DNA of 64,000 nt from Lepidodermella squamata (GCA_047495785.1 JBLDXI010000034.1:1302001-1366000), one strand, 5' to 3'; shown: positions 11,101-24,169, counted from the stretch's first letter. Made by a program: numbers and translations. Notes: generated by a model from the sequence alone, not told the origin.

Positions 11101-12698
11101 TAAAAATACACCAACCACAGTATTTTGAAAAAAGCTGGACTGAAAAAAATGAGTATACCAAGGGAGTCATGAAGCAGAAGTGTGTGCCATTTTCTTCGTC
11201 GCTGGCTTTCAAAGGCTCCTGACAAATGTGACAGCGCCGCCCGGGACACATAGCCTCATGCTTGAGAAAATGTACAAATTTCCTCCCGCATTTAAAGCAT
11301 GGATTCTTTTTAGCACATTTGTGGTTTTGCTTACAACGTTCGCTATACAAAACTAAAAACATAAAAAGAGCTGAATAATAATGAAAAGGTTAAAAACATC
11401 AGACCTGCACGACATTGCGGACACCGCGTGTAGTTTTGTTGGTCTGTGTTGGAAATCACACGGCAAATGCTCCCTGATACACCTAAAATAATATTAATGA
11501 TAAAAGAAGTGAAATTCAGGTTTTTCATGTAAAAATTACGGCAGGAAGAGCATGCCAACTTGCATCTGTGCACAGCCGTACTCGTTTTCGTCTGAAAGCA
11601 AGTGGGGCATATTCGTTGTGCATTGCTAAGAGTGGCCTTCATAAAGTTGAGATTCGCAATGACATGAAAATGATGACTGTTGGGCTGAGAGACGTCGTTG
11701 CGATAAACCAGTAGAACAACAGGAAGCAACCCAAGGCTTACGCGATGATCAAATTCTGGGATTTCCCTAATAACATCCTGTGATTCGTACGAGTATACTA
11801 CGAATCTGTAAGTATTATGTTCAGGATCGATAGCCGAACACAGGGCTGAGTAATGATCATCTAGATTGTAGGCTGGAAGGTTGAGAGGTAAGCCCGCTTT
11901 CTGATATAGCGCCGTGGCTTCGCGAAATTGACGATTGGTTCGCGTACTACGTATCGATTTGAAGGTTGCTTGAAGAGATGGATCCGTAGGATTCGCCTTC
12001 ATGTGAGCCAAAGCCACTCCAGTGATGAGAGCTCTGCCCATGCAAAGATTGTTCGTTTCATTCTTGCGCGCTCCGATTCTAACGATCGATTTGGAGCGAA
12101 GAAAAAATTTGTCCAAAGTTTCGTTTATAGCCCGCTCTGCCCGAGAACCACCAACAATTTGACCTAGATCTGCATTGGGGTTATCAATGACACAGAGACG
12201 AATTGTCCACCGACCAGCAAATGAGAGTTCTTCATTACTCTGTAATATTTTTCTCAGTTGATCAAAAATTGAAATTTCCAGCAACCGATCGCGTTTCATG
12301 AAGGGTAGGCTAAGAGGCATCTTCAAGTCGGGGTGGTACAGTGTTAGCCGGCAGAAGGAATTCACAGGTAAATCACGATGGATATTTACAACAATATCGA
12401 ACAGGAAGTTGGCCAGAATATTGAAGCGGGTCTCCAAATCAATATTAGCCACCTGGTCGGCTGGTACGTTCTGCACAAATGATCGAATATTATCCAGTCG
12501 AGGTTCATCAGCGCCACCAGACAATTGAATCATCGGCCCAAGCGAACTAGAAGATTGGCCATATCTGTTGATGTAGGTTGAGGCAAAGTCGGATGTTACG
12601 GGCTGAATGAAGTACTCCACAGAAAACATTTTGAATTTTGTAGAATGAATCAGGCGATTACTTCGAATAAATGAGTATTGTAAACTATAGTTATCCAT
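8178..12698 (-). pseudogene. Mirror copy of pPolB, cut inside intron 10
   Basis: Identical to the left copy up to ...KLMLK|gtaattgctacttgttgtta, then runs into the antisense of the spacer and lacks exon 11. Confidence 0.9.
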
Positions 12699-12815
12699 AA
12701 CAATCTAAGATTAAAAATTTAAAATTGATCGAATTTGGGAAGAGGTAAAACTTTATTACAAGGATAGATTGAAATAAATATTCAGTAAGTCATTTTAGTC
12801 AAGTTTTGTGTTAGC

Positions 12816-13337
12816 TTATTCATTGGCTGTTTCAATCATCGCTGCAACAGTTAACACCCCAGTTGCAAGGTCTTGAAACTGAGCTGCATCAAGAGAGACT
12901 CCTTGTCTTGAGGGTTGTTTATTTCCTAAAAAGTTAAATCATAAAAAGATTGCTATTACTGTAAATTTGAAGTAAATACCTTTAGCATCCAGATAAAACC
13001 TGCGTATATCTATAAGAATCGGTGAAAATGATGGCACAAAGACACAGACTTCAATTTTGCATTCATGCATCGAAAATTTAAAGCCTGTGTTGTGAGATAG
13101 CAGGGCAAGTTGAGCCTGAGCAACCCAAGCATCATTCGGCGGTCGAAAATAAGGAACGAACTGGCTAAGAAATTCGTCTTGTCTAAAGGCGAGTTTTTTA
13201 GGCTTATCGTTCTTATCTTTGCGATCAGTCATTATGTAGATGAGATTAGAATCCTGAGGATGCTGTTGAATGACCAAGTTACTAGACATGTGATGATTGA
13301 CTGTCTGGTTAGCAGATTCTACTATCGCCTCAGCCAT
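12816..13337 (-). CDS. PC4-like ssDNA-binding protein (mirror copy)
   Basis: Mirror of 2870-3391. Confidence 0.8.
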
Positions 13338-13379
13338 GATTATTGAAAATTAAATCTAATGAAATAAGAATGTAAAACT

Positions 13380-13742
13380 TTAAGGGATGGGTTCTTTATA
13401 TTGGCATAACTTTTCATGCCCAAAAATGAGGTCATAAGTTAGAGTAATGGGACAGCCTTTATCAGAATATTGGCATTTGTAAATCAAATTCGAGATAATG
13501 TTCGATAAAATTACAGGGGGTTTAACGAAATCTTTCCCTGTTAATGATTCGCGGCAAAGTGGACAGCAACATACTGTTCGAGCTGAATTTTGAAAAATAG
13601 CGAGAACACATTTAGTACAAAATAAATGGCCACAGGGGCGCGTTTGAATAGGATTAAGTAGGATAGATAAACAAATTGGACATTGCAAAGATTCAGCGTC
13701 TAAAATCTGGCTGTTCGAGAGCACAAGTCTTGTTGGATCCAT
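13380..13742 (-). CDS. TRAF-type RING finger protein (mirror copy)
   Basis: Mirror of 2465-2827 with identical translation. Confidence 0.88.
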   Translation of the reverse strand: MDPTRLVLSNSQILDAESLQCPICLSILLNPIQTRPCGHLFCTKCVLAIFQNSARTVCCCPLCRESLTGKDFVKPPVILSNIISNLIYKCQYSDKGCPITLTYDLIFGHEKLCQYKEPIP

Positions 13743-13752
13743 CAATGAGGAT

Positions 13753-14517
13753 TCAAGTCTGAGAGATTACAGGCGTGATAAGAGAGGCAACATACTGAGA
13801 AGCTTGCTTTAGAACCTCAGAGGCATTCAAATTATCAGTGTCGATAACAAGCACGGGACATGGTAGGGATTTGTTTGTAGTCTCAACAGTACACATTTTT
13901 TCATGAAACTCATGTACGAGGCGTAAATAATCCAGTGATAATAGCATTTCAGAACCCCGAGCTCTAGCTACGGCTCTTTGACAAGCTATTTGGGGAGAGG
14001 AGCGCAAGTAAATAATAGCTTCAGTTTTTACAAAATTCGGCTCGAAATTATCATACAAATTCATGAGAGCGTGATATTCGATAGAATTTATGCGCTTGGA
14101 TGCATACGCACATGGGATAAAGACGTTTTTAGAACAGAAGGGCGTTCGATCATGCAGAACGATAGTATGCGCCCCGTAGATTTCAGGTTTGTGGTTAGGG
14201 GCTGAATAAAGGCCGCACATATCACTCGTGGCTACAATTTGAAAGTTGAACGCATTTTTCATCTGATAGTAATCTTTCAAAATGTTAGTTTTATCGTCAT
14301 CAGTAAAGGACTCCCAACGATGAACAGGCTCGCAAATTGGCCACGCGGTATATCCCTGAAGTTTACGGTTGAGTGAAGGTAGATTAGTGAGACCCTCGAT
14401 TAAGGTTGATTTCCCGCTAAAACAAGAGACTTTAAATAGAATTCTATTCGGTGGAGTATATGAGACTTACGCCCCAATGTTGCCGACTATGCCGAAATGG
14501 TAGACTTTAGGATGCAT
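13753..14517 (-). CDS. Deoxynucleoside kinase (mirror copy)
   Basis: Mirror of 1690-2454. Confidence 0.9.
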
Positions 14518-14951
14518 CCAGCTTGCTTCAAGAAATATGCTAAGTGTATTCTTGAAGCATCTCTCTTAAATAGTCTGAGTGATATTTCCATAAAAGGAAA
14601 AAACAGGGAGATGTTTTGTTTGAATTGTTTAAGGTAATTACACCGTAAAGGGTAAAAAATCCTAATTGCTTTTTATTTTGATAAGTAAAAAATCGCATTG
14701 TTTAATTAGGGAGGATGTATAAGATTTATTGACATGATGTTTTCTTATTGAATTACCGACAGCAATTAAGGAGGATGTATACAATACCAAGAATCTTTGA
14801 TGAAAAGCATTAAAGCCAGCACTGAGGGGTCAACAGAGCTAAAGGCCCTAATGCATTTTTAAGGAAGATTGAATTACAAAAACAATATGCCTGAAAGGAG
14901 GTAGCCGCTCACATAAAAATCGAACCTCAGTAACAATATAAATTATAAAAT

Positions 14952-15455
14952 ATGAAGCTGAAGGTAGAGCTAACAAGTAACAAAGCTAAAGAACCGACAA
15001 AGCATACTAAAGGCTCTGTGGGTTGGGACATCTATTCAGCAGAAGAGACGACACTGCAACCTGGAACCAGGGGACTGATTCAAACTGATATTAAAATCTG
15101 TTTACCACGAGGATATTATGGACAACTATTCAGTCGATCAGGAATGAGCATCAACCATGGAATCGATACGGTCGCTGGAGTAATAGGTAAGAAGCAAATA
15201 ATAATGAAAATTACTAATGAATATCTGTATTTTTCATGAATTAAAGACGCCGACTACACCGGAAAAATCGTAGTCTGCCTTGCAAACAACAGCAAAACAC
15301 CTTACAAGATTAAAATAGGCGACCGTATTACCCAGTTGGTGTGTTTAAAATATGGTCGCTTAGAATCTGCAGTAACGGTAACGGGGCCATTGAAAAACGC
15401 TCTAGCAGCAAATTCGACCCGTGGCGATAACGGATTCGGTTCATCTGGACGTTAA
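14952..15455 (+). CDS. dUTPase (mirror copy; intron 15187-15246)
   Basis: Mirror of 752-1255. Ends RGDNGFGSSGR* with AATAAA near 15554. Confidence 0.93.
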
Positions 15456-15716
15456 CCCCTCCAATCAAGCCGCTACAAATCTCTGAACAAATGAATAGAA
15501 AAACTGATAAGACTTATCCCAGCTATAAATTCATTGCTTGAAACGTTAAGACTAATAAAAAGTGTTTGTGTGAATGAAAAAGGGCTCTATTGCAGCTGCA
15601 CTAAAGAAGCAGTGTAAAAATGATTAGTTTAGCTCATAACAGGTGAAAAAACGAAGATTTGTTTATTTTAGTTAGGTGAAATCATAGCAGTGGGTTAAAA
15701 CGAAGGTATATTGACA

Positions 15717-15886
15717 AGAAGCGGCTATAGTACAAATCGCCGTACTGCTATTACTCATCCCCAAATTGCGTATATTTATACCAAACGGGTATAGTAAAAA
15801 TCGCCGTACTGCCATTACTGATCGCAAATTGCGTATATTTATACCAAACGGCTATAGTAAAAATCGCCGTACTGCTATTACTGATC
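15717..15886 (-). repeat. Subterminal 63-bp tandem repeats (mirror copy)
   Basis: Mirror of 321-490. Confidence 0.95.
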
Positions 15887-15908
15887 CAAAGTTCCCATCC
15901 TTACTACT

Positions 15909-16552
15909 CACGACTGATCTTCCATTTCAAGTGAGGCGAAGGAGGATTTTGGGTGTAGGCCTCTTTCTCTCTCGTCAGAGCGCTTTTGCCACGAGATACT
16001 AACTGAGAGAACACAAGATTATTGAAAGAAATGGTATGAAATCGTTCCTACCTGATCAACACTTTCAGGTCTGCTGTCCAAGACTTGCCGAAGTCGCTCA
16101 GCAGTTTCTCGGCGTAGATTCTCCGACTCCTTCGAGGAAATTTGCTAAAAATGCATGAAGTTGGGACGTGGACTTCATACCTGAAATCTCTGCTCGGCCT
16201 CGGCCACTTTTCGATCATTCGTCATTTTGTATGTCATAAATTGTTCTTCCAGCTTTGAGATCATTTGTGTAAGTTGCTGCTTCAGGACCATCATTTCACT
16301 CTTCAAAGCCGAGTTTTCCTTCCGCAACTTTGTTAAAGAAAAGTTATATACGAAACACCTCGAAAATTAATTTGAGACCTTGTCGATTAGATAGTCTTTA
16401 TTGGATTCAATTGTTTGAGGACTAGAATCTGCCCCGCTGTAATCGCGGCTTCGGGCTCTCACTGCGCTTCGAGATGTCAAAATCGGCTCGGCAAGCACAA
16501 AGAAGGGATGTCCACCCGCGGTCGAAAACCTCGCAACCCCAGTCAGCGCCAT
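15909..16552 (-). pseudogene. 5' part of a host coiled-coil gene interrupted by the right Polinton terminus
   Basis: Four exons joined by short GT-AG introns read in frame: ...DYLIDK|LRKENSALKSEMMVLKQQL...EQRFQ|QISSKESENLRRETAERL...VDQ|LVSRGKSAL...HLKWKISR. The frame then hits AGTAGT without a stop codon of its own. Confidence 0.6.
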
Positions 16553-16910
16553 TGGATAGAACTAAACGCTAATAGCAATTCACTAAAAACAAATTCGGAC
16601 AGATGAGGTGTGAGAGCAGCGTGGCGGTTGTTAAAGGCCTACGGAGAGTTAGTGACGTGATTTGCTTAGATACCGCAAGTGCACCCGAAGGATTCGTCAG
16701 GCAGCATTTTTTTCGATCTCATCTAACGGCTCCATAGCAATAATACTCTGTTGTAAATTATGCATACATCGATAAATATCAGATTTCCGCGATCCATGTT
16801 TTATTCATACCACAGGTATTATCCGACTCTCTCTTGACCACACGGAATTAATTAAAATTTTATATAATAAATCAAGTAAAATCAATGCCAGTTAAAGATT
16901 TGAAGTGTAA

Positions 16911-18457
16911 TTACGAATTTTTAGCCGAGGTTTTGACGAAAACGGTTTTCGTCTCAAGGTAGGCGTCCAAGCCTTCCTCGCCCTTCTCTCGACCCCAGCC
17001 GCTCATCTTGTAGCCACCGAATGGCGCACCATCGCTACCAACACCGTAGCAGTTAACCCAGACAGTTCCAGCTCTGAGTCCCTCGCTAATGTAATTGATG
17101 GTGTCAACATTCTTCGAGAAAACAGCAGAGCCAAGGCCATACGACGTATTGTTGGCTCGCTCAATGACTTCGTCCAAAGTCGAAAATTTCAGAATTTGCA
17201 TGACCGGGCCGAAAATTTCCTCCCTAGCAATGCGCATGTCGTCCTTGACATCGGCGAACACAGTTGGCTCGAAGAAATTGCCCTTGCCAGCGATACGTTT
17301 GCCGCCGCATTTCAGAGTCGCGCCCTCCTTGATGCCGGATTCCACGAGCTCAGCGATCTTCTTCATTGATGGTTCATCGATTTGAGCACCCTGTTCAACG
17401 CCGATTTCAAACGGATCGCCAACCGTGCGCTTCTTGGCACGAGCAGCACTGGCTTCGACAAATTTGTCGTAGATAGACTCGTGGACGAAGGTTCGCGAGC
17501 CAGCAAGGCAGCATTGCCCTTGATTGAAGAAAAGCGCTTGGTGGGAAGCTTCAACAGCGTAGTCAACTGAAACAAAAGCTTTTTTATCAGAGGCGATCTT
17601 CCGAGCATAAACTTACAATCAGCATCCTCGCAAACAATGTTAGGACTCTTGCCTCCCAACTCCAGGGTTACTCGCTTTAAATTGGTCGCTCCAGCGGCTT
17701 GGGCAATCAAACGGCCAACTTCAGTCGAGCCAGTGAAGCTGAGCTTATCAACATCCATATGGTTCGACAAAGCAGCGCCGGCAGTTGGGCCATAGCCAGA
17801 CACGATGTTGACAACGCCATCAGGAAAACCCGCTTCCTTCGTCAAATGAGCGACGTACAAAGCCGATAGTGGTGATTGTTCAGCCGTCTTCATGACAACT
17901 GTGCAACCAGCAGCCAAGGCCGGGGCCAACTTCATCGACTGCAGCAACAGCGGGAAGTTCCATGGGACGATGAGACCGGCAACTCCCTTAGGCTCGCGAC
18001 GGGTGTAGCAGAAAAATGGACCTTCCGTTGGAATGGTCTTTCCGCAGATTTTGTCAGCCAATCCTCCGCAGTAGCGGTAGTAGTTGATCGCGATTTGAAG
18101 ATCGACCAAGTAAGCTTCAGCGTACGGCTTTCCGACGTTCAGAGTCTCGAGCGAGGCTAGGTATTGGCGGTCACGTTCGATCAAGTCAGCGAGTTTAGCA
18201 AGCAGACGGCCTCGTTGCACCGGGTCCATGGTTCGCCATGGTGAGTTGAGCGCGAACGCCTTGCGCGCTGCTTTCACAGCGACGTCGATATCCTCGGCAA
18301 GACCTTCGGCAACGTCGCAGATTTTCTCGCCTGTTGCTGGGTTGATGGCCGGGAATGTTTTGCCACTGATTGACGGCACCCATTGGTTGTTGATGAAGTG
18401 CTGGGTGAATTTCACTTCAGGGTTGCGATTCGGTGGTGGAACTTGTGGTGCTGCCAT
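16911..18457 (-). CDS. Aldehyde dehydrogenase, ALDH1/2 family, no presequence (cytosolic-type); intron 17567-17616
   Basis: [18 protein letters not shown], catalytic FNQGQCC, EEIFGP and PFGGYKMSG motifs. Confidence 0.95.
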
Positions 18458-19927
18458 TTTTTGGTTTAATTCGGGCAAAAAAGCGGTTTGTACCGGTGAT
18501 GCGCAATTGTGCGCGCTTTATACAGCCAACTTCAGTTGATAAAAAAATAACGGAATGAACGCGATAAAGCTTATTAATCCAAACCATTTGAGATAAAATG
18601 TCCAAACCAGCTGTCTCGGTGATAAACCCAGATTGGGGACGTCCGGAAAATAAATCAGTTAAAAAGGGCAGCTCGAAAATGGCACCTTTGCTAATTGAAG
18701 CCGGTTGTGTTGATGATAAGGCCAGGTTGCTATTAACATCGTTCGTGACGCTGCCTATCATTCCATTTGGCTGTAACTTCTTCCAGTGTGTCATAAGAAG
18801 TAGAAAATATCGCATAACGGAGCACTATGGCGATATACTGTCAGATCGGGAGAATTTTACAGTCGGGGTCACTTTGACATGCCGAAATGGGGCGAATTCA
18901 GCAAATTGGAACATGGCTAGGCGAAAACGCTTTGAAAGCCCAGGAAAATTGGAAAAATAATTTGATTTTTGAACGAATTTCGAGGACTCAGCAGCTGGAC
19001 GGTTTCCATCAAAATAACGAAATTGTTTCATTTTTAGAAGCCCTCTTTGGAGTCCGGCTGTATTAATACTTATTTCAAATTTCAAATTTCGAAGCTTTCC
19101 ATCAAGCACTTCCGCTAGCTATAAAGACTTCAATTGAGCACTTTTCGCGGACTGAGGTAAATATCTCAATGTTGTCGGCTTCAAATCTATATCTTTGAAA
19201 TATGCATTTTCATCGAAGTGTCAAGCAGGTCGACAGTTTTAGAACGGAAATTGCTCATTAAGATTCCTATCCACGTCGCGGCGAGTTTCAATATCGGGCG
19301 TCAATTTCAAAAATAAGTAATTAGAACTTGGATGAGGGATTTCTGCTTATATTCGCATATAGTAATGCCATAATACCAGCGTGCGAAACATGTTGAACTT
19401 CGACCACCATGTGAACCGATGCTGTTATTTGCGGTCATCATTTCAAATTAATTACCTGTTCAACTGCAAATAAATTAAGGCAATCCCATTCATCCGTGAT
19501 GTGGTATAAACATAGGCGCGGCTTATCGCTACTGCAACTGGTATATTTACACACCACCGAAAAAAAACGTTAACCACGCCACATAGCAGCCTCGTTACTG
19601 GCATAATGAAGATACGTCTGCTTATCTTCCTATCGAGTACCGCAAATTTACCCTGTTTTCTGCTACGAGAGGAGAGCCGATAAGGCTCGTTAAGCACCCT
19701 AGATAAAAAACTGCCAGTCATGTCCAAACAAATAGGTAAAGAGATACTACGAGAGCAAAAAAGGCTGTGCTTTATTTCGCCGGAAGAAAAACAAGTGACT
19801 CCCTAAAATATTTGACGAGAAAAAATGCAAGTGTTGTGAATCCTCAATCAAAAAAAATATAGGCACACGGTCGATTTTCATAAATCAAGAAGAAAAACCA
19901 GTTATTTTAATCTCAGCAGCAGTTTTT

Positions 19928-21584
19928 TTACGAATTCTTCTGCGGAACCTTGGTGATGACGCATTTCGGCTCGGTGTACGCTTCGATGCCGTAGTCGCCC
20001 TTCTCACGACCCCAGCCGCTCATCTTGAAACCGCCGAACGGCGCCTGGTCCGAGAAAATATCATAGCAATTGACCCAAACAGTTCCAGCGCGAACGCCTT
20101 GAGTCAAATAGTTGATCTTATCGACGTCACTCGAGAAAATAGCCGCTGCCAAGCCGTAGGAAGTCTTATTCGCACGCTCGATAACTTCATCGAGCTTCTT
20201 GAACTTCAAAATCTGCATAACCGGGCCGAAGATCTCCTCACGGGCGATCGTCATATCGTCCTTGACGTCGGAGAAAACGGTCGGGGCAACGAAGTAACCC
20301 TTCGATCCGACACGGCTGCCGCCAGTGTGGAGCACGGCGCCTTCCTTCTTGCCGGTTTCGATGAGGCCGAGAATCTTCTTCATCTGGCTTTCATCGACCT
20401 GGGGGCCTTGCTCGTTCTTCGGGTCGAACGGGTCGCCAACAGTGCGCTTCTTCGCGCGAGCAACGCTAGCCTCGACGAACTTGTCGTAGATCGATTCTTC
20501 AACAAAAGTCCTCGAACCAGCGGTGCAGCACTGGCCTTGGTTGAAGAACAGACCGAAGTGAGCCTGTTCGACGGCGTAGTCGAAGTCGCAGTCAGCGAGG
20601 ATGATGTTAGGGCTCTTGCCGCCGAGCTCAAGGGTAACACGCTTCAAATTGCTTTGAACAGCCATTTCAGCGACCTTGACACCAATCTCCGTCGAGCCGG
20701 TGAAAGCAACCTTATCAACGTCAGGATGGCGGGCAAGGGCAGCACCAGCAGTTGGGCCGTAACCCGAAACGATGTTGATGACACCTTCGGGGAAACCGGC
20801 TTCCTTGGCGAGGTTAGCGACGTATAGAGCAGAAAGGGGGGTCTGCTCTGCAGTCTTCATAACAACAGTGCAACCTGCTGCGAGGGCTGGTCCTAGTTTC
20901 CAAGCTTGCATCAGAAGAGGGAAGTTCCACGGGATGATCTGACCAACAACTCCCTTTGGTTCATGGCGAGTGTATGCAAAGAAGTCGCCATCTGTTATTA
21001 CAATGTTATAATTAGTTAAATGTCAGAGCCATAAGAACTCACCAACAGGGATGACTTTGCCCTGAATTTTATCCGCAATACCAGCGTAGTAACGAAGATG
21101 GCTGATCGAAAGCGGAACATCAATGTTGTATGAGGCAGAGTAGGGCTTGCCGTTATCGAGAGTCTCCAGCGACTAATAGGAAACAAAAAAATTTTAGGAT
21201 CCAAACGCAATCGGCCAAACACACCGCAATATAACGACGATCGCGCTCCATCAAATCTGCGAGTTTGTACAAGAGGCGACCACGCTGTGATGCGTCCATA
21301 CGGCGCCAAGGCGAGCCAAGACGAAAAGCATCACGCGCAGCAGCGACAGCCTTGTCGATTTCGGCCTTGTCGCCCTCGGCAACTTCGACTATTTTCTCGC
21401 CTGTCGCTGGGTTCAAAACAGGGAAAGTCTTCTTGCTTGCCGACTCAACCCACTCGTTGTTGATGAAATGCTTGACATATTTTATTTCCGGCTTGCGGAT
21501 CGGCTCAGCAATAGCAGCCGCAGACAAAGCACGGGCAGGAGTGAATCGGGCAGCAAATGCTGCACCACGGATGAGGCTCGACAT
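19928..21584 (-). CDS. ALDH2: Mitochondrial-type aldehyde dehydrogenase (ALDH2-like); introns 20992-21042, 21173-21224
   Basis: Arg/Ala-rich presequence [21 protein letters not shown], plus [29 protein letters not shown] and EEIFGP. Confidence 0.9.
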
Positions 21585-23470
21585 CACGACGTAACTCGAC
21601 TAGAAAAGAAAATAAGAATACAATAAGAAAGTTTCTCCAATCGGAATTTTCTGAATTACGACACTGTAGCTGCTTGGGAGATTACGGGTACTTATGCTTA
21701 AAAAATGGTTTCAGCGTTTTTATTAGAAGTCGACAACGAGAAGGGTAGGTGGTTTGGAGAGAAACTTTCGAAAGTGGATATTGTCTCATGTAACGGTGGC
21801 GATGCGATAAGATGTGACTGTTCCTTGAGATACACATGTAAAGGAAGACTCGTCGATCAACAGGTAACACAGTCAGAAGGCAACAGGACAAGATCGAGAA
21901 TGGTCCAAACTCCACACTCAGGGGCCTCTCTGCACGTGAAGAGCGTCACATGATCTGATTTTTGGCGCGTCTTTGCGGTTGAAGGTGAACAAATGATTTT
22001 GTTAAAAGCTCAATTACACTGATAAAACAATTTATGCAATCCCAAATATCAGTTATTGCTCTATTATCTTTATAAATTTGCCGCATGCTATTTAAAATAA
22101 AAAATCGTCTTCTCCAAGTGTCCGCTTACGCATAACGAGCTCATGAAACTACGCCGAGATAGTGCTTTCGATGAGGATTCACGAAACAATGGGAATCAGT
22201 ATATGTTACCTACTCCTTACTCCCGAATCTGACGCATGCCTTGCTTTTAAGATGAAAACTTGAATGTTGCATGGCGAATGGGTTAAACCTTGTCGACTAG
22301 CCTGCTTCGCCTAGAATTTCACACCTGGAATAAGACAATCCGAATACATCAACATTCATGACTAGATTCCACTTCTGTCCTTCATCACAGTTCGGCAGAT
22401 GCCGTTTGATCTCAGATCGCCCACTTTGTTGAGCGCATGGACTCCGTCTTGACTGAAACAGCCGACCTCAACCTCCCGGATTCCGGACGGACTAGAGTTC
22501 TCTGACTGAGTTATGATCGCACGCAGAGCCACCTTTCCCATAGGAAAGGAGAGTTTATATGCAGAATGCTTTATTCGGAGCTGCAACTAACTACACGCTG
22601 GAATTGACTTGTTTCAGCTCACTTATCGCACTTCTTCAGGAGATGACTTCTAGCCAATAATTGATGCCAATCGCTTGAGCTTTATACGATTCATCGCGAA
22701 TTAAGACCCTTCAGAAATACTTGAATTTCCCTTCGAGATCGCTATTTCACAAAACGATTGAAAGGGAAATAAGTTTTGTCTGTGAAAAAACGTAATTCCT
22801 AATTCTCCAAGGCGCTTTGCAGTAGGTGTACGTTTATTGTGCACATCGATTAGGTAATAGCACTCAGCATGTAACTCCTTGTTGTATGTACATCATTATA
22901 GATCAACGCCGCAATCAATCATCACTGAACATGATCGTGACTAAGCCCCGAGTAGGTCACTTTAACCGCAAATATACAGCGGTCGCCACTGAAGCCGCTA
23001 AAAGGAAGATTTTCACTGCTCGGTACCACATTTTCAGTGCATCATGTTAATTTCTAATGAATAAACATCACAAGATTCCCATTACACAAATCTTAGTAGT
23101 AAACGAAAATTCTGCAGTTGATTGGATTGCAGCCTCCGAATCATAGGTGGAATAAAACATGCATTGCAAAAACAACTGTTTCCACTATGTTTTACTTTTT
23201 CAATTTGCCATCAAAGCGACCAGCTCAATGCCAGCAGCAGAAGTACAAAAAGCGCATCTCAAACAAAATTCAGAAGTTAATACCATAACATGACATAATA
23301 AGCCGATGTTTCGCATAACAATGTCCCGTACCAGTGCAATAAAAATTAGTGCATGTGGAATTACTATGAGCTGATTTAGCGGTGCCTTTTTCATAATGAG
23401 AAAATATAAGAATAAAACCGCTCAGCTGGGCGGAATAAAACAATAGTGGAAAATTTGCAATAGGTATAGT

Positions 23471-24169
23471 TTAATGCGTCGTGGTTTCGTCGCCCATGCG
23501 TTGATACGGCGTTGAAGACGTTTGTCCATCGACGGCTCGGTTGGCTTCCTTGGTCAAGCCGTATTTCGTGCGAATTTCGTTGTACTTGGTCTCGCGTTCA
23601 GCCCTGCGCTCCTCGTTTCGCATGCGACGCTCTTCATCCTGTTCCTGCATGCGAGCTTCTTCTTGGCGCTCACGGCGCGAGATTCGAGACGAGGAACCGC
23701 GGCAACAACAGCAGTAAATGCAGCAGCAGAAGGTGACCAAAATGAGGAAACCACCGACGGATAACAGGCAAATCGCCATGAGCAATAAGGAAACAGCGCA
23801 GGTGTGATACTTAACCGAACCCATCGCGCAGGTTCCATCATAGGGTATACCAAAAATCGTATTTTTCGGCATGGGCAAACAAGCTTTTTTCGATTCGCAA
23901 TAGTAGCACTAAAAAAGAGGAATTGACCTATAACTTAAACATAAGATAACCAATATTTACCTCGTTGTCATATTGCAAACAGTCTGAACAGGAAGCATTG
24001 TACATTTCACAATCTATAAATATAAAATAATTTGCGGGATTCATAGATGATATTCCAGCTTCAACTAACGTATTATCGGCTTGGAAGTCGTTGTATTTTG
24101 AGCAAATACACCATCGACGAGACAAAAAGCAGCAAAAAGTGCAGCAGTCACAACAAACTTAATCATCAT
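23471..24169 (-). CDS. PTTG1IP/PBF-like type I membrane protein (paralogue 1)
   Basis: Signal peptide, PSI-like Cys domain (CSDCL...CYYC...C), TM helix followed by CCCIYCCCC, charged coiled coil, IRTKYGL and PYQRM (YxxPhi). Confidence 0.8.

Larger units (their letters stand above)
299..15908. mobile_element. Polinton/Maverick-derived element, non-autonomous, arranged as a 15.6-kb palindrome
   Basis: Termini are 5'-AGTAGTAAGG...CCTTACTACT-3' and it encodes a protein-primed PolB with Polinton-type motifs. All ORFs are mirrored about 8103.5. No integrase, ATPase, protease or capsid ORF is recognisable. Confidence 0.9.
8178..15911 (-). repeat. Right arm of giant inverted repeat (7734 bp)
   Basis: Mirror of 296-8029. 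Complementarity stops at 8030/8177 internally and at 295/15912 externally. Confidence 0.97.

Noticed and set aside
15928-15935. CAAGTGAG matching 293-300 as a displaced target-site duplication
   Set aside because: It lies 19 bp from the terminus inside the open frame of the interrupted minus-strand exon and the Sushi sequence does not resume after it, so chance is the likelier explanation.
15766-16002. 78-aa ORF with a repeated peptide (RIFIPNGYSKNRRTAITD)
   Set aside because: It is a translation of the 63-bp terminal repeats running out of the element, with a non-ATG start.
20099-20827. Long antisense or alternative-frame ORFs over ALDH (also over SMC3, the thyropin and the GTPase)
   Set aside because: These are shadow ORFs expected from biased codon usage opposite real genes, with no recognisable motifs.
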